Assembly (NCBI RefSeq): GCF_009834535.1
Contig: NC_045696.1
Coordinates: 38,628,001-38,692,000, forward strand
Length of the DNA stretch: 64,000 nt
Source of the DNA: Camelus ferus
Lineage: Eukaryota
Reading direction: 5' to 3'
In this document: in pieces, positions 52,683 through 64,000 of the stretch
How the letters are laid out: each line of letters starts with the position of its first letter
How positions within the stretch are numbered: the first letter of the stretch is position 1
Made by a program: the position numbers and the translations under genes
The notes under the pieces: model-generated
Told to the model about the DNA's origin: nothing
The model's input: only the letters and a program-made list of their open reading frames with translations
Database searches by the model: none

Positions 52683-52959
52683 GGTGATGAGAAGCGCTCT
52701 GGATGAGAGTAAAGCTGAGGAGGAGGTTAGCGAGTACCTCCCTCCTGATGTGGTCATGAAATGTTAACTATCACTAAAATCCTAATTATGACTGTGAGCT
52801 AGGCAGCTGGCAAAAAGACTGCATGGGGGAGGGCTTTGTGGTTGGCCTTGAAGAAAAGGAAGGATATAAATAAGCATAAACAACAAGGAGATTATTCATG
52901 ATATCAGCTGATTCAAGCAATTCCATTTGGCAGATATATCACAGATAAATCAACAACTA

Positions 52960-53230
52960 AAGAGAACTAGTGAAGAAGAATTTTGGTTAGAAGCTCAAGC
53001 TTTGTACTGCACCCTGAATTTAGATCTTTATCACTTTCTAGATACCAGACTTTGGGCAAGTCAGTTAACCACCATGTGCCTCAGTTTCTACATCTTGAAA
53101 ATGGATATAAGAATACCACCTACTTTCTGGTGTTCTTCTGAGTATGCAGTGGTTCAGTGTGTGTAAAGTACTTGGCAGATTATCCAGCATGTGTTTATAG
53201 CTCAGTAAGTGTTGATTATTAATACAGATT
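52960..53230 (+). mobile_element. MIR SINE
   Basis: gactttgggcaagtcagttaaccaccatgtgcctcagtttctacatcttgaaaatggatataagaatacc. Confidence 0.8.
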
Positions 53231-53749
53231 TTATTGTTATTAATTTTCAACTGTAAAATTCCATTCTAGCAAATTCAAAGCTGTACTTAAAAAAATAAAA
53301 CAATATTCTTTGTTGTCTTGTTGCATGTAGACATCCTACAATGGCAATCAAGTCATTCTCTGATCCTTCCCTTTGACATTTATTTTTTCATGCTCCTTAG
53401 CTCACCCTTGAGATGGTTCGCTACTCTTGGTGTTAGTTTTTGTTTAATTTTTATAGGTAATGTATAAGAATGAGTGAGATGCTCCAAGATGAGTTGACCT
53501 TCCAGGGCTTAAGTGGTGGAGAACTGGACTCAGACAAGGAAAGAAGCTCCACATTTGAACTTCTAAGATATCAGATCTTAGCCAGCATAGTAGGCAAGTC
53601 AGGGAGCCTCCATCAGTCCCATTCCAGCAACATCATCCTGTGGACTCGGAATCACTGTCCATCCTGTTTCAGTGGTAATCAAACTACGTATGGGTTGGGC
53701 CACCTTTCTTTTAAATACTTAAATTATAAAAAGTCTTAGTGCCAACGGA

Positions 53750-54000
53750 CAGCATAGCATAGTGGTTAGAAGCTCAAACTCCGGAACTAGACCATCGATA
53801 CTGAAGTCTGGTGCTGCCACTTCTGTCTGCATGACTATGGGCAAGTTAATTAACTTCCCTGTGCCTTAGTCTCTCTAACTATAAAGTGAAGCTTGTAATA
53901 CTACTGTCTCATATCATGTGAAGATTAAAGAGGTCAGGACACGTGAAGTGTCAGAACTGCAGATGGCACACGTAAGCACTTTAAAAGTGTCATTATAATA
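53750..54000 (+). mobile_element. MIR SINE (near full length)
   Basis: cagcatagcatagtggttagaagctcaaactccggaactagac...gactatgggcaagttaattaacttccctgtgccttagtctctctaactataaagtg. Confidence 0.85.
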
Positions 54001-56419
54001 ATCACATACTCTTCTGAGGGGGACTCCTTCACTGAGTCTAATATGATTTTTTGAGTGATCCTGGGCTGTGAATCAGCTGCCACTCATCTCCATAAACAGG
54101 AAAGAAAAAAATTAAGAAGGAAGAAAAATAATGTAATTCTGGTAAGAAACCTCCCTTAGGGTACCCTCTGTGGAGTCCTCTTCTGGCTCTCAACAAGAAA
54201 TGACATGACTTATTACCCGTAGCTGCCTACCCCATTATAAATGTTTGAGAATGAAATAAATAACTGAATAACTGATTTCCTTGCAAAGGAATAAGCATCC
54301 CACAGAAAATCATGTTCAGCTGTATATTGAAAACTATATTGTGACTCAGAATAGGTATTGGTTATGCAACTACTTCTGTAAGTAATAAGTTTGAGTATCC
54401 TGTTTGAAGAAGGATTTAACTTTTTCAAACTATGGAATGGATACAAGTTTGAGAATTTTTGAACTTTTATAAAATCACATTTTACCTTGCATAATGCCTG
54501 GAAAGAGGGCTACTGCATTCTTTTCCAAATTAACCCAAGTTGCCCGGCAGACAGAGCACCATGTGGGAACAAACCAAGGCGACTAGGAGGCCTTTAGCAC
54601 TCTCTTCTTTTTTCTGTCGTGTTTTGTACTGCAGCGCAAAATGCCTTTTGAATCCTTCTAAATCCTTGACAGCCGATTTTTGTCCGTTAGAGACCCACTT
54701 CTCACTATTTGTATTTATCCATCTTACCAACTGCATCCTATTAGAACTACCTGGCTGTCTTTTTGTCATTTTCCCTCTCTCTTCTTGCTAAACTGTCCCC
54801 TGGGATGATGGATTTCAAATTGTATTAACGAAATAGGCAATTAAGACACCCAGTAACACCCATGGTGATCTTCTTTTAAGTTATGTACCTTGAAATTGCT
54901 ATTTGCTTGAATTCAGCAATATTTTTAAGGACTGTAAAAGTATATCATTCATGATTAGGCTCTACCCAACCCTTGAGATTATTAATAGAAGCAGGCAAGA
55001 AAAATTTAATGTTTTTTATTAAAACAAAAAAAAACCCTACACACATGAAACCTTCACACATGAAACTCTATCTGCTTAAGATAGAGAAGTATTTTAATGG
55101 AAATGAAAGCAAATTGGGTAAATAAGAAGTTGATGGAGTAATTCTACCTTAGCACTGATCAGTGACATCTAGAGTAAGGCCTGAGAATTTAACACAGTTG
55201 AGGAGAGAAGGGGCATCTTATTTGGTCCATGACTGGGAGGATAGTTGATATAGTCTTATATGCATCCTTAGCTTAAGGCTTCCAGTAGCTAATGCTATGG
55301 AAATTGGGGGATCCGGGCAGGTGAAGAATGCCAAAACTCAGTTTGGAAAATGAAAACAATTAGAAAAATACTTTTTGTTGATCTTCAGAAGAGAAGCAGA
55401 ATAGAAAAACTCACTTGAAGCTAGATATATGCACTTCTGTTGCCTGAGAGGCAGGGGCAGGGAGTGGGAGGGAAGAGCTTAACACATGAATTAGTGAATC
55501 TAGTAAGAATATGAAATTTAGAAATTCTTCTCATGTGCTTTAAAAGGTGATAGAGTGATTTCTCTTAAATTTTTTGTTAATCATTCAGAATTATTTAATC
55601 AAGAATATTGCTTAACAGAGCACACCCAAACATATATAACTAATCTAAATCATTAATATCACTTATTAGAGGTGTGAGAGGATTACACTGATCGTCAAAT
55701 TTCATGTTCTAGAAAGAAAGCTGAATGCTTTCAGCCACTAAGTAGCATGACTTTTCCCACATACATGCTAACACATCTAAATTGCCCTTAATTATTATGG
55801 GGATGCCTTCTCAGAAAGCTTGACTAACTAAACAGAGGAATGTTGATTTTTACTTGCATTTCTTGTCTCCCTAAAAACATTTGAGGCAGTTTAAGACAAA
55901 ATGTTAATGTATAAAATGTTTAATAAACCAGAACTGGAAGTAGAAAATTAGATCCATAAAAACAAGAGGGAACAAAGTCTTGTGTTGATCATTATTACTA
56001 GTGATGCTGTGTGTGTTCACCATCTCTGCCTCTGAGATTTCTGGCAGCAGCCAGAGAATAGAGAAGTGATCATGCTTTTACAATATGAAGCACAAATGCT
56101 GGAGGTAAGCTGTATGGAGGCCACTGAGGATAATGGCCTCAAGCAGAGTTTTTTCAACAAATGCAGAAGTTTGTTTGTTTCACGTGGTGTTTTCTGACCA
56201 CCGCCTTTGATAGAAGCAGACCTGAAGTAAAGTGTCACTGACTGAAGGTGGTTTTCCTATGAATGGAGTGAGATAAAGAGAGAGGAAGGTTACTTAGTGT
56301 ATTCCATGCATACAGACTTCAAAAGAGAAAATATACCCAGTGAACGAATGAAAAGAATCACCCCTCAAATCTATTTTCTAAGTGTTTTGTCCTTTGGTCA
56401 GGAACTGAAAATTAGAATA

Positions 56420-57400
56420 CCCTAAGACCCTTTGGTTGTTAAGTACCAAAAATACCATAAGCTAAGTTAAGGGAAAAGAGCTACAAAAATGTCCCAGACA
56501 GGACTGCAGGGGAAAGCATGGGGCATAAATCCAGGCTTCAAAAAGGACTGAAACAAGAAATCGGAAAGCCCTGGAAATGAAAGGCAGCCAATCTTTTTCT
56601 TGGTCCACAAAGTCACACATCTCTGTTTCTCTCTCTCAAGGATAGTTTTACCTGCATCTATGTTCATTTAGGAAAAAGTATCTTATCTGCCCCATGGCTT
56701 GCAAATTCACATTTCCCCTTCATTTCAACCATTGATCAAAATAGCCAACACGGTGAATTCCTGTCGACTGAAATAAATGCACAGCCTAAAAGTTGAGAGT
56801 TATGTTTTCTTTGGCGGGAGGACTCAGAGCCAGGATGACAGCCTCTCAGACGCTCTGAGGGACTGCTCCGAAGAGGTAGGGGAGGAGCTAGGATATATAG
56901 GAGCTTTACAGCAAAGACCAGGTAGTTGGAACAATAAAAGATTACCTGTTATCTAAAGAAAAGCAGGCATCTCCAGTTAAAGAATTTAGTGGTTTTCTAT
57001 GTATGGGAGGAAGCAAACATTTGGGTTTATTGAATTCATTCCTTTGACAAGCATCTAGCTATCTAGGGTCATTATTTTGTCCTTTATTATTCTGAGTCCA
57101 CTCAGAGGGCACCACTGTGAGTGGCTGCAGAGGCTGGACTGCAGGTCTGTCCTCACTTGGGGGGGGTGGCAGCCACTGATGACTTGGTTTCAGCATTCTT
57201 TGTTTACTGATACAGTTGCAGTATTTTCATTCACAATCCTAATCCCAAATTCCTGGAAGAGAGAATGTGGGTGGCCCAGTTTGAATCAGATCTCCCAATT
57301 CAAGACTGGGAGCTGAAGACAGAGAGAACAGTCTTCTAAGGCCCTGCCCTGGGTGAGGCAGTTTTTGGAGACAGGAGCTGTTTCTGTGTACTCTGAACAA
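56420..57400 (-). mobile_element. MLT1J/K-like LTR interrupted by a younger ERV1 LTR
   Basis: gaccctttggttgttaagtacc...agctaagttaagggaaaagag at the start, and gagagaatgtgggtggcccagtttgaatcag after the insertion. Confidence 0.5.
56762..57235 (-). mobile_element. Young ERV1-class solo LTR
   Basis: TG...CA termini (tgtcgactga ... ttcattcaca), flanks TTCC/ATCC, reverse TATA (ggatatatagg), CpGs retained. Layout resembles the LTR at 31371-31870. Confidence 0.78.
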
Positions 57401-58846
57401 ATACCCTAAAAGATGCTTACTAGTGTTTAATGAAGGCTTATAATGTGAATTCTCAATTTTTGTCTTGAGGGATGGTGGAAGGTAAAGGAAATGCAGATAT
57501 CTTTCTGCTGTTAAAGCTAAGGTGCCCAACCGACGTTTTTGCTCAGGCAAAAATAAAACCTCCCCACATTAGCACTGAAATGGGCCGCAGGCAAGGCAAA
57601 GACTGTCCTTGGGGAGCAGATTTGAATCCACTCCCACAATTAAGCCTATTCTAAATTGAAAGCCCAGAGTTCCACACCACATGACAAAAAAAATGATGAT
57701 TCTGACCTGGAAAATTTTCAGAGCAGGTGTTCCAAATCATCAAAAGGAACCCCACGGAGGACTTTTCCTGTGGAAAACATTATATATTGAGCTGCATAGT
57801 CCTGCAGTATACTTTCTAGGACAAGCTATGGAAAAAGTATGTTATACAAAATGGAATAGGTTGTCTCATTTTGTAGAGTTTTGAACCATTGCCTTTTGTC
57901 TGCCAAAGAAAACGATTTCAGTTTTGATAAAGTTGATGGTGCACAATTCTTTACAGCAGCAGTAGGATGGCAGAATTATTTGTATCCAGAAATCAATTCC
58001 AGTTGGTGAAAGTGAAACCCATATCATCAGCATATAGAAAGAGGGTGTGAGTCTATCTACCAAAATGGCTCAAAAGCAGTTTGTCTACAATCAGTATCAT
58101 ATTGTGAAGATATTAGTTTAAAAGATGAATAAATAAAACACAATGCTGATTTATATCACATGAAATTGTGAATGGGTATGTCAGGAAGTTTTTCCCCTTT
58201 AGTTCACCAATTTTTAGCATGGTATTTATTTACTCCCATGTTTCCAGAATCATCATACTAAGCCTCAGTTTTGAGTTAACCTGATTCTCTGGGCAGTGAA
58301 GTAAAAGTCCAGTAAAAGAGCAATATGCAAAACACACAATCTTATTTTCTTGAAAAGAATAGCAGTAAATAGTAGAGAAATACTGTACCCAAAACCCTCT
58401 TGCTTCTAGTACAAACTGTTTGACTTGGACACCTCACTTGTGGTTTAAGGGAAAATGTAACTTAAATAATTGAGGGGCTCTGAGAAGATTGATAGAGCCA
58501 TAGTTTTATAGGACTATGGATTGGTCCTTTTTAAAACAGAGCTGATTCTCCTTAAATCTTTCCAGAACCAGTGGTAGTAATTGGCTAGGAGTCAGCGTAA
58601 CTTGTTTGGTGTTATTCAGACCAGGCTTCAACCAGTTTCCAACAATGAATCCAAAAACTTACCCTACAACTTACTCACTTTCAGGGGATGATCAAATGAG
58701 TTTTGGCATGAGGAGTAGCAGGTCCCTGTTAGATGCCTGGGATCTAAATCACTTGGGGCACTGCGCTTGTGTCCATAAAGCTAAGGGAGATTGCATCCCC
58801 ACTCCAGCACTGCTGGTTTCTGTGCTTTCATAAATACTTGTGCTGA

Positions 58847-59035
58847 TAACTACTATATATAAAATAGATAAATAACAAGGTCCTACTATGTTCAATACCT
58901 TGTAATAGCCTATAATGAAAAATAATATGAAAAGGAATATATATGTATATGTACGTATATATATATATGTATGAATCATGCTGTACACCAGAAACTAACA
59001 CAGCATTGTAAACCTACTATACTTCTATCTAAAAA
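58847..59035 (+). mobile_element. 5'-truncated artiodactyl/camelid-type L1 3' end with TSD
   Basis: ctactatatataaaatagataaataacaaggtcctact...gctgtacaccagaaactaacacagcattgtaaac...tatacttc plus an A tail. Flanked by aaatacttgtgctga (58832-58846) and aaatacttctactga (59036-59050). Confidence 0.85.
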
Positions 59036-59712
59036 AAATACTTCTACTGAAGCCATATAAAGGATAAGTGTAGCGTCAAATCTGCTTTCATTAACTGAGA
59101 AAATTAAGTAAAGGTCTTCCATAGGAATTTGTTTAGCTCCAGATTTGGTGGTAATGAGTTTATAATTAGATGGGTTTAAATTGGGCAGATTCTTCCACAG
59201 TCTGATTTTGGCATGTTGTCTTGCTAAACTTGCCAGAAATGTCAGTTCATGTGTTTTTATTTTGATTTGCTTGTTTTTACATTCACTCAGTTTTTATTAA
59301 ATTGGTGAGTGAGATCCTTTAAATATATGATAAACAGGACTGATTTCCCCGTGAAACTAATCTGTCTATTAAAGAAAAAAAAGGAGGGGGAATCTCTTGG
59401 CAGAGTATTTGGTATTCTTTGTATAACAAAAGGTAATTTTATAAAGGTTAAACCCCACCATCCCATTTCACCTTATCCTTCCAACCCAACCATCCAGTCA
59501 TGGGGGCAGACATACTCAGAAGGCTGTGTTCAACATCAAATTTTAAAAAATAGCAAATGGAGAAAGAGAATATCCAGCTCAAGAAACATAATGAACAATG
59601 AGAAGTTATTGTACATAGTATAGAAATATAAAGACCCACATACCCTCCCTTCCCCTTGTATTAGGATATGTGTATGGATAAATATAGCTAAATTCTTCCC
59701 TCTTTGGTTCAT

Positions 59713-59990
59713 TATCTTAAATAGGACTACCAATTTCAAGTAGCAAAACCCCAACTGGCTTATTGAAAAAATGGGTCATCATTGCTTTCTGTAACCAAAG
59801 TCAAGGAGTAGTGTGAGATTCAGGCCAAATTCAGGCTCTCCAGCGTGTCCTCAGTACTTTCTCAGTCTCAGTTCTGCTTTCTTCTCTATTGGATTTATTT
59901 CCAGAAAGATTTTTTCCATATTTTTGCAAGAGTTTATATCTCCAGTAAGAAGTGCAATTCTGATAAAATTCACATGTCTATCAACTCTGC
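59713..59990 (-). mobile_element. MLT1J-like MaLR LTR fragment (contains the candidate exon 59725-59790)
   Basis: taggactaccaatttcaagtagcaaaaccccaactggcttattgaaaaaatggg...attgctttctgtaacc matches the antisense MLT1J terminus pattern; tctcagttctgctttcttctctattgg follows. Confidence 0.65.
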
Positions 59991-60049
59991 TTCTGACCCT
60001 GAGTATGAAAGGTGACTTGAGAAAAACATAAGCATGCTGACTGATGCCA

Positions 60050-60560
60050 ATTTAAATGTTCATGATCCATCACTTGCCTCGCTGTCCAGCTTCTTATTTG
60101 GCCTCTTGGTCTTTGCCTCAGACCTCCCAGAGTACACAGAATAAGCTCCTGAAGATATTGTGCTTTTTGGGGTCTCCATATTTGTGATGTCGTTTCTTCA
60201 GACTAGAATGTCCCAAAGCTATTCATCACCTTGGTGACTTGCAAATTTATTCTCATCATTCCAGCTTGAGCTTAAGAATCACCTCCTTTGTAAACCTTCC
60301 TTTCCTTCTTCCTTTCAAGGCTGTTACTCTCCTACTCTTCCCTCATGACCTTCACACATACCTCCATTTAGCAACAGTGTTACTGTGTTACAGTGAAGGT
60401 TTACACATCTGTCCCCCTCACTAAGGAGAAACTACTGTGAGGACAGGAAAATATGCTTTGCTTTTCTTTGTCTCCCCAACCCTTACAGCACAGTGTTCAG
60501 CACATTCTAAATGATTAATTTTTTTTGTTTTTGAATGAATAATGACTCAATGAATAAGAA
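60050..60560 (+). mobile_element. L2 LINE 3' fragment
   Basis: gactagaatgtccc...atcacctcctttgtaaaccttcc...acatctgtccccctcacta...tgaggacagga...ttgaatgaataatga. Confidence 0.7.
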
Positions 60561-60617
60561 TGTCCTCAGGAAATTTTCTAGAACTTTTTCTAAATAATCA
60601 ATGCGTATTTTTTATTC

Positions 60618-60669
60618 TTTTTTTTTTTAATTGAAGTATAGTCAGTTACAATGTGTCAATTTCTTGTGG
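60618..60669 (-). mobile_element. Very short L1 3'-end fragment (camelid/artiodactyl type)
   Basis: Poly-T followed by aattgaagtatagtcagttacaatgtgtcaatttct, the reverse complement of the same L1 terminus seen at about 58985-59030. Confidence 0.7.
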
Positions 60670-61639
60670 ATTGTTTTCTTTAAATATTTTTTCTATGGAA
60701 AACAGATGCTAAGTAAATCTTTTATTTTATAAGACTTAACGAAACTTGTGATCTCTGTACATGTAATTAAAAACCTGTTTACCTCAAACCACACTAACCT
60801 TTATATTAAGAAGCTATAACCTCAAGTGCATGTATGTGCCTACCAATATGCAAATACCTACTATTAACATTATGGTACGTGTTGAATACTGTTTGAAATT
60901 GAACATCATTGGCCCAAGGTCAGTGATTTAGGGAATTTGTGAAATTTGTAAGGAATTCAATTCTACACTGAATCTTTAAAAAAAAAAAAAAGTTGAAGTA
61001 TGTATTTTGGTAATGTGAGTATTTCATTTGAAAAAAAATGTTATCAAAGACGTATCTCAACTGTCAGTAACTATATGAAATATAGACAAATTACAAATTA
61101 AATTCTTGACAATTAGAATGTTAACAATAGTTCCAGGAATTTAAATGCTTCAATCTCTTTTCTTTGTTCTTTGACATTTGTCACATGAAGCCTACCTGTA
61201 GCAAGGCCTCGTGACCATTTATTAATGCAGATAAGAATCTCTGGGAAAAAAAAAAAAAGACAAAAAGTGTTTCATCATGCTACAGCACCTGCCTCTGCTT
61301 CTGCCTTTCCATCAAGTCGTACCAGACTCACATTTTCCAATTATCCCTGTGTCATTTGGCATTTTTATCTGACAAGTAAATTAAGATCATCAGGAGGAGT
61401 GAATCCTGAAATCTTCTGTGTCCCTGAGTAGCCACAGTTTGGTGTATTGAATTGCATTGTTTCTGGGGAAGTGACAGAGCAGTGGAGGAAAGACATCTGT
61501 GAAACCATTTTCTGAAAAAGTATAATCCCAGCTAAGGGTCTTTACCTCAATAGAAACGATCCACGAGGTTTGTTTCCATCCAGCTGAGAAGACAGATTCA
61601 GTAGCTGGCTTACAAGAGTAGAACAGAGTCTCTTGGTAG

Positions 61640-61673
61640 TCTCTCTCTCTCTGTCTCTCTCTTCCTCTCTCTC
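61640..61673 (+). repeat. Imperfect (CT)n microsatellite
   Basis: tctctctctctctgtctctctcttcctctctctct. Confidence 0.75.
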
Positions 61674-64000
61674 TTTTGTAAACCAGTCTTAGAGATATTT
61701 TTCCTGTTGGCAGATGGAATCAAATACTGGATGAATGTAAAAGGAACGTGTTAATACAGTTTCAGGCCAGTACCTCTTCCTCTCAATATCTACTTCATTC
61801 AAAGCCTAGGCAGGGATATTTGAATTAAAAAGTTAACTCACACTATTTTCTATTAATTTATTTCTGAATCTATTAAATACCAAAATACAAATGAATAAGA
61901 GATTATTTATGTCACTGGGATGTTTTTAAGCATTACTATTACCAAACTAATCATATATGAAAGTTTTTTTTTAGTCAGAGGCATTTATTTCTTGTATCTA
62001 GAACGCTGTCTTTATCTCTTCTTCGTGAAAGTATACATTCATTAATCCTTATTCTGTGTAAGGCACTATGTTGACTTCATGTGATATAGAAAGTTGAATT
62101 ATATTCTTTCTGTCCTCAAGAAGCCTATGGTATAGTTGAAATGGGCCAAAAAAAAAAAAAAATCTTCAGAAAATGAACCATTTTTGATAGTTGAAGTTTT
62201 CAGACAGAGGTTTGGCCTTTAAAGTGTTATTTTTATAATTTTTAAATATTTTGGAGAGAAACATTTTTCTAATCATGCATCCACAAACTCCTATCTTCTA
62301 AATAAAATATATTGGACATAATCTCAGCAGTTTTTAATTGACCTTGGATGATCATGTTAATGTACTGAGTTTTAACATAGTGAGCCCTTCGGTGTGCCTT
62401 GAATTTTATAGGGCTATTGATCCTAAATTCCTGGCTCCAGAGTAGTATATATTTTGAAACTTTATGTGAGATTTTCAGTTTTCCTGCTTTTTCTTTCAGT
62501 CAGCCTAGCAGTGTGCACTTCCATTCAGCTCCCTCTCTTTAGATATTTCATGCCTGACCTTAACTTTTAATTTACATCTACTCCACTGCTTTGTGAGCTT
62601 GGAAATCAATAAACATGTCTGAAGTAAGAGTGTGAGGCACTGCGGCTGTTCTACGAGTAAACCCTGCGTTCTTTAGTACGTGAACACCTGTCAAATGTTC
62701 TCTTCAGAGGCTCTTTTTGTCTGTCTTGTTTACCACTGCTCCACTGCATTCCACATAATTGAAGTTGCTATCTAGCCGAATTCAAATACATGTGATAACA
62801 TGAGTATCTGAACCAGGAAAATCCCTGTGGGGGTGGGAGAGAATGGGAATGAATCTAAGAAATACTTTGAAATGCAGGGACAAACCACCTGAATTGTGTG
62901 AGGGCTTAAGTCCAAGGTTTCAGACTTGGACTCTTCTAAGAATGGTGTACTTACTGAGATGGAATGATTTTACCCTCTAGGGAAATGAGAAAGTCTGAAT
63001 ATTTCAAAATACTATTTTGAAGATAATTATCTGACCACATACTGGGGGATGAGTTAGAAAGAGACACTGTAGAAAGGCAATCTAATAGAAAATTATTAAA
63101 CTAGCCTAATGATGTGAGGCTGGAGCCTTAGAGGTGATACCAGTGGTAATAAAGACAATGGAAGACACAATAAAGATCTGACTCTGGACCTGGAGTTTTA
63201 GGGAAAGGTAAAATAAAAGATGACCTCAGGTTCAAGTCCAGGTGGCCAAGAGTATAAGATTATTTGCAAAGTCACAAGATTATCTTCATCTAGGAGAAGT
63301 ATTTCCTCAGCTTTCATTCCTGTCTCACACTCCTATGTCCACATGACCATACAGTGTTGAGATTTTACAGATTGATGACTCTCCATTGTATACTGCTACA
63401 TGTTTATATATATGCCTCATTTCAGAAGGTCAAACCAATCCTGATTGCAATATATACCCTGAGAGGGGGAATTTTTTTTTCCTGAAAAAAAAAAAAAATG
63501 CTAAGGAGATCCTGAATTGATTACCAGTAAACCCTAAGATTAACTTACTAGGTACTGTCCATCCATTACTTTGTTGAGATTTCTGCTGTGTTTTAAGAAA
63601 TTATTTTGGTGGAGTGATGAGATAATATCATTTGAAATTTTAATAGTTACTCTAAAATTGAGAGTCATAAATAAAACATGTGAATATGAAACAAATGCAT
63701 TCCACCATTTTTCACTGGGCAGCATTTTGAGAAATGCTTTATTAAAAAAAATCATATAACTGCTGTTTCAGTAACTTTAAAAACATGTTCAAACAGAAAA
63801 GAGTTAACTTTAAAAAGCTATTGCATAGAAAATGGCACAAAATACAAATAACAGATTTTACTTTGAAATGTAAATATAAACTAGAATAATCTTGATTACA
63901 CGGAGACAAAATCATATGCCTTCATATAAGAAAATTCTTTGGTTAAAAATAGCCCAATTGCTTTTCCCTCATACTTTCCTAAAGACACGAAATCTATTTT

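Larger units (their letters stand above)
1..64000 (+). other. EPHA6: EPHA6 gene body (introns flanking the exon 6 and 7 equivalents; the intron between them is 5189-40501, GT-AG)
   Basis: Both exons are internal and phase-compatible. No start, signal-peptide, transmembrane or kinase exons were seen, so the gene extends past both window ends. Confidence 0.9.

Noticed and set aside
52195..52767. Cluster of overlapping 70-87 aa ORFs on both strands
   Set aside because: They fall in a GC-richer LTR16/L2 segment where stop codons are rarer; no recognisable protein or splice structure.
63360..63400. ag...gactctccatt as a possible match to the human short-isoform exon
   Set aside because: Similarity is limited to about three codons; 59725-59790 aligns over its full length with splice dinucleotides in place.
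1..64000. Prokaryotic-style systems (CRISPR arrays, operons, defence islands), rRNA, snoRNA or miRNA genes
   Set aside because: The window is mammalian intron. No repeat-spacer arrays or recognisable RNA genes were seen, and the 46-nt hairpin is shorter than a typical pre-miRNA and bounded by exon-type splice sites.

Overview
Eukaryotic (mammalian), AT-rich and CpG-depleted genomic DNA lying entirely inside one large + strand gene, the ephrin receptor tyrosine kinase EPHA6. Two constitutive coding exons are present: 5064-5188 (125 nt) and 40502-40664 (163 nt). Together they encode the second fibronectin type III domain and correspond to exons 6 and 7 by recalled human numbering; they are separated by a 35.3 kb intron. 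The rest is intron filled with ancient mammalian repeats (MIR, L2, L3/CR1, L1M, MLT1, LTR16/33, MER5/hAT) and younger lineage-specific insertions. The latter include a tRNA-derived SINE of camelid Vic type, L1 3' ends and ERV1-class solo LTRs with target-site duplications, which point to a camelid genome. The most striking signal is a 48-nt in-frame cassette microexon candidate at 40049-40096 (VYPRIAPAFWHYLRVE). Its whole sequence folds into one hairpin with three evenly spaced A:C mismatches, suggesting structure-dependent splicing and possibly A-to-I recoding in the FN3 C-C' loop. Other candidates are a 35-nt frameshifting exon, an MLT1-derived exon homologous to a human short-isoform exon, an intronic polyadenylation route to a soluble receptor, and a CRE/AP-1 palindrome enhancer. 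Apart from the exon-overlapping part of 5081..5287, the supplied ORF track appears to be spurious. Repeat family names and most repeat boundaries are by eye and approximate.
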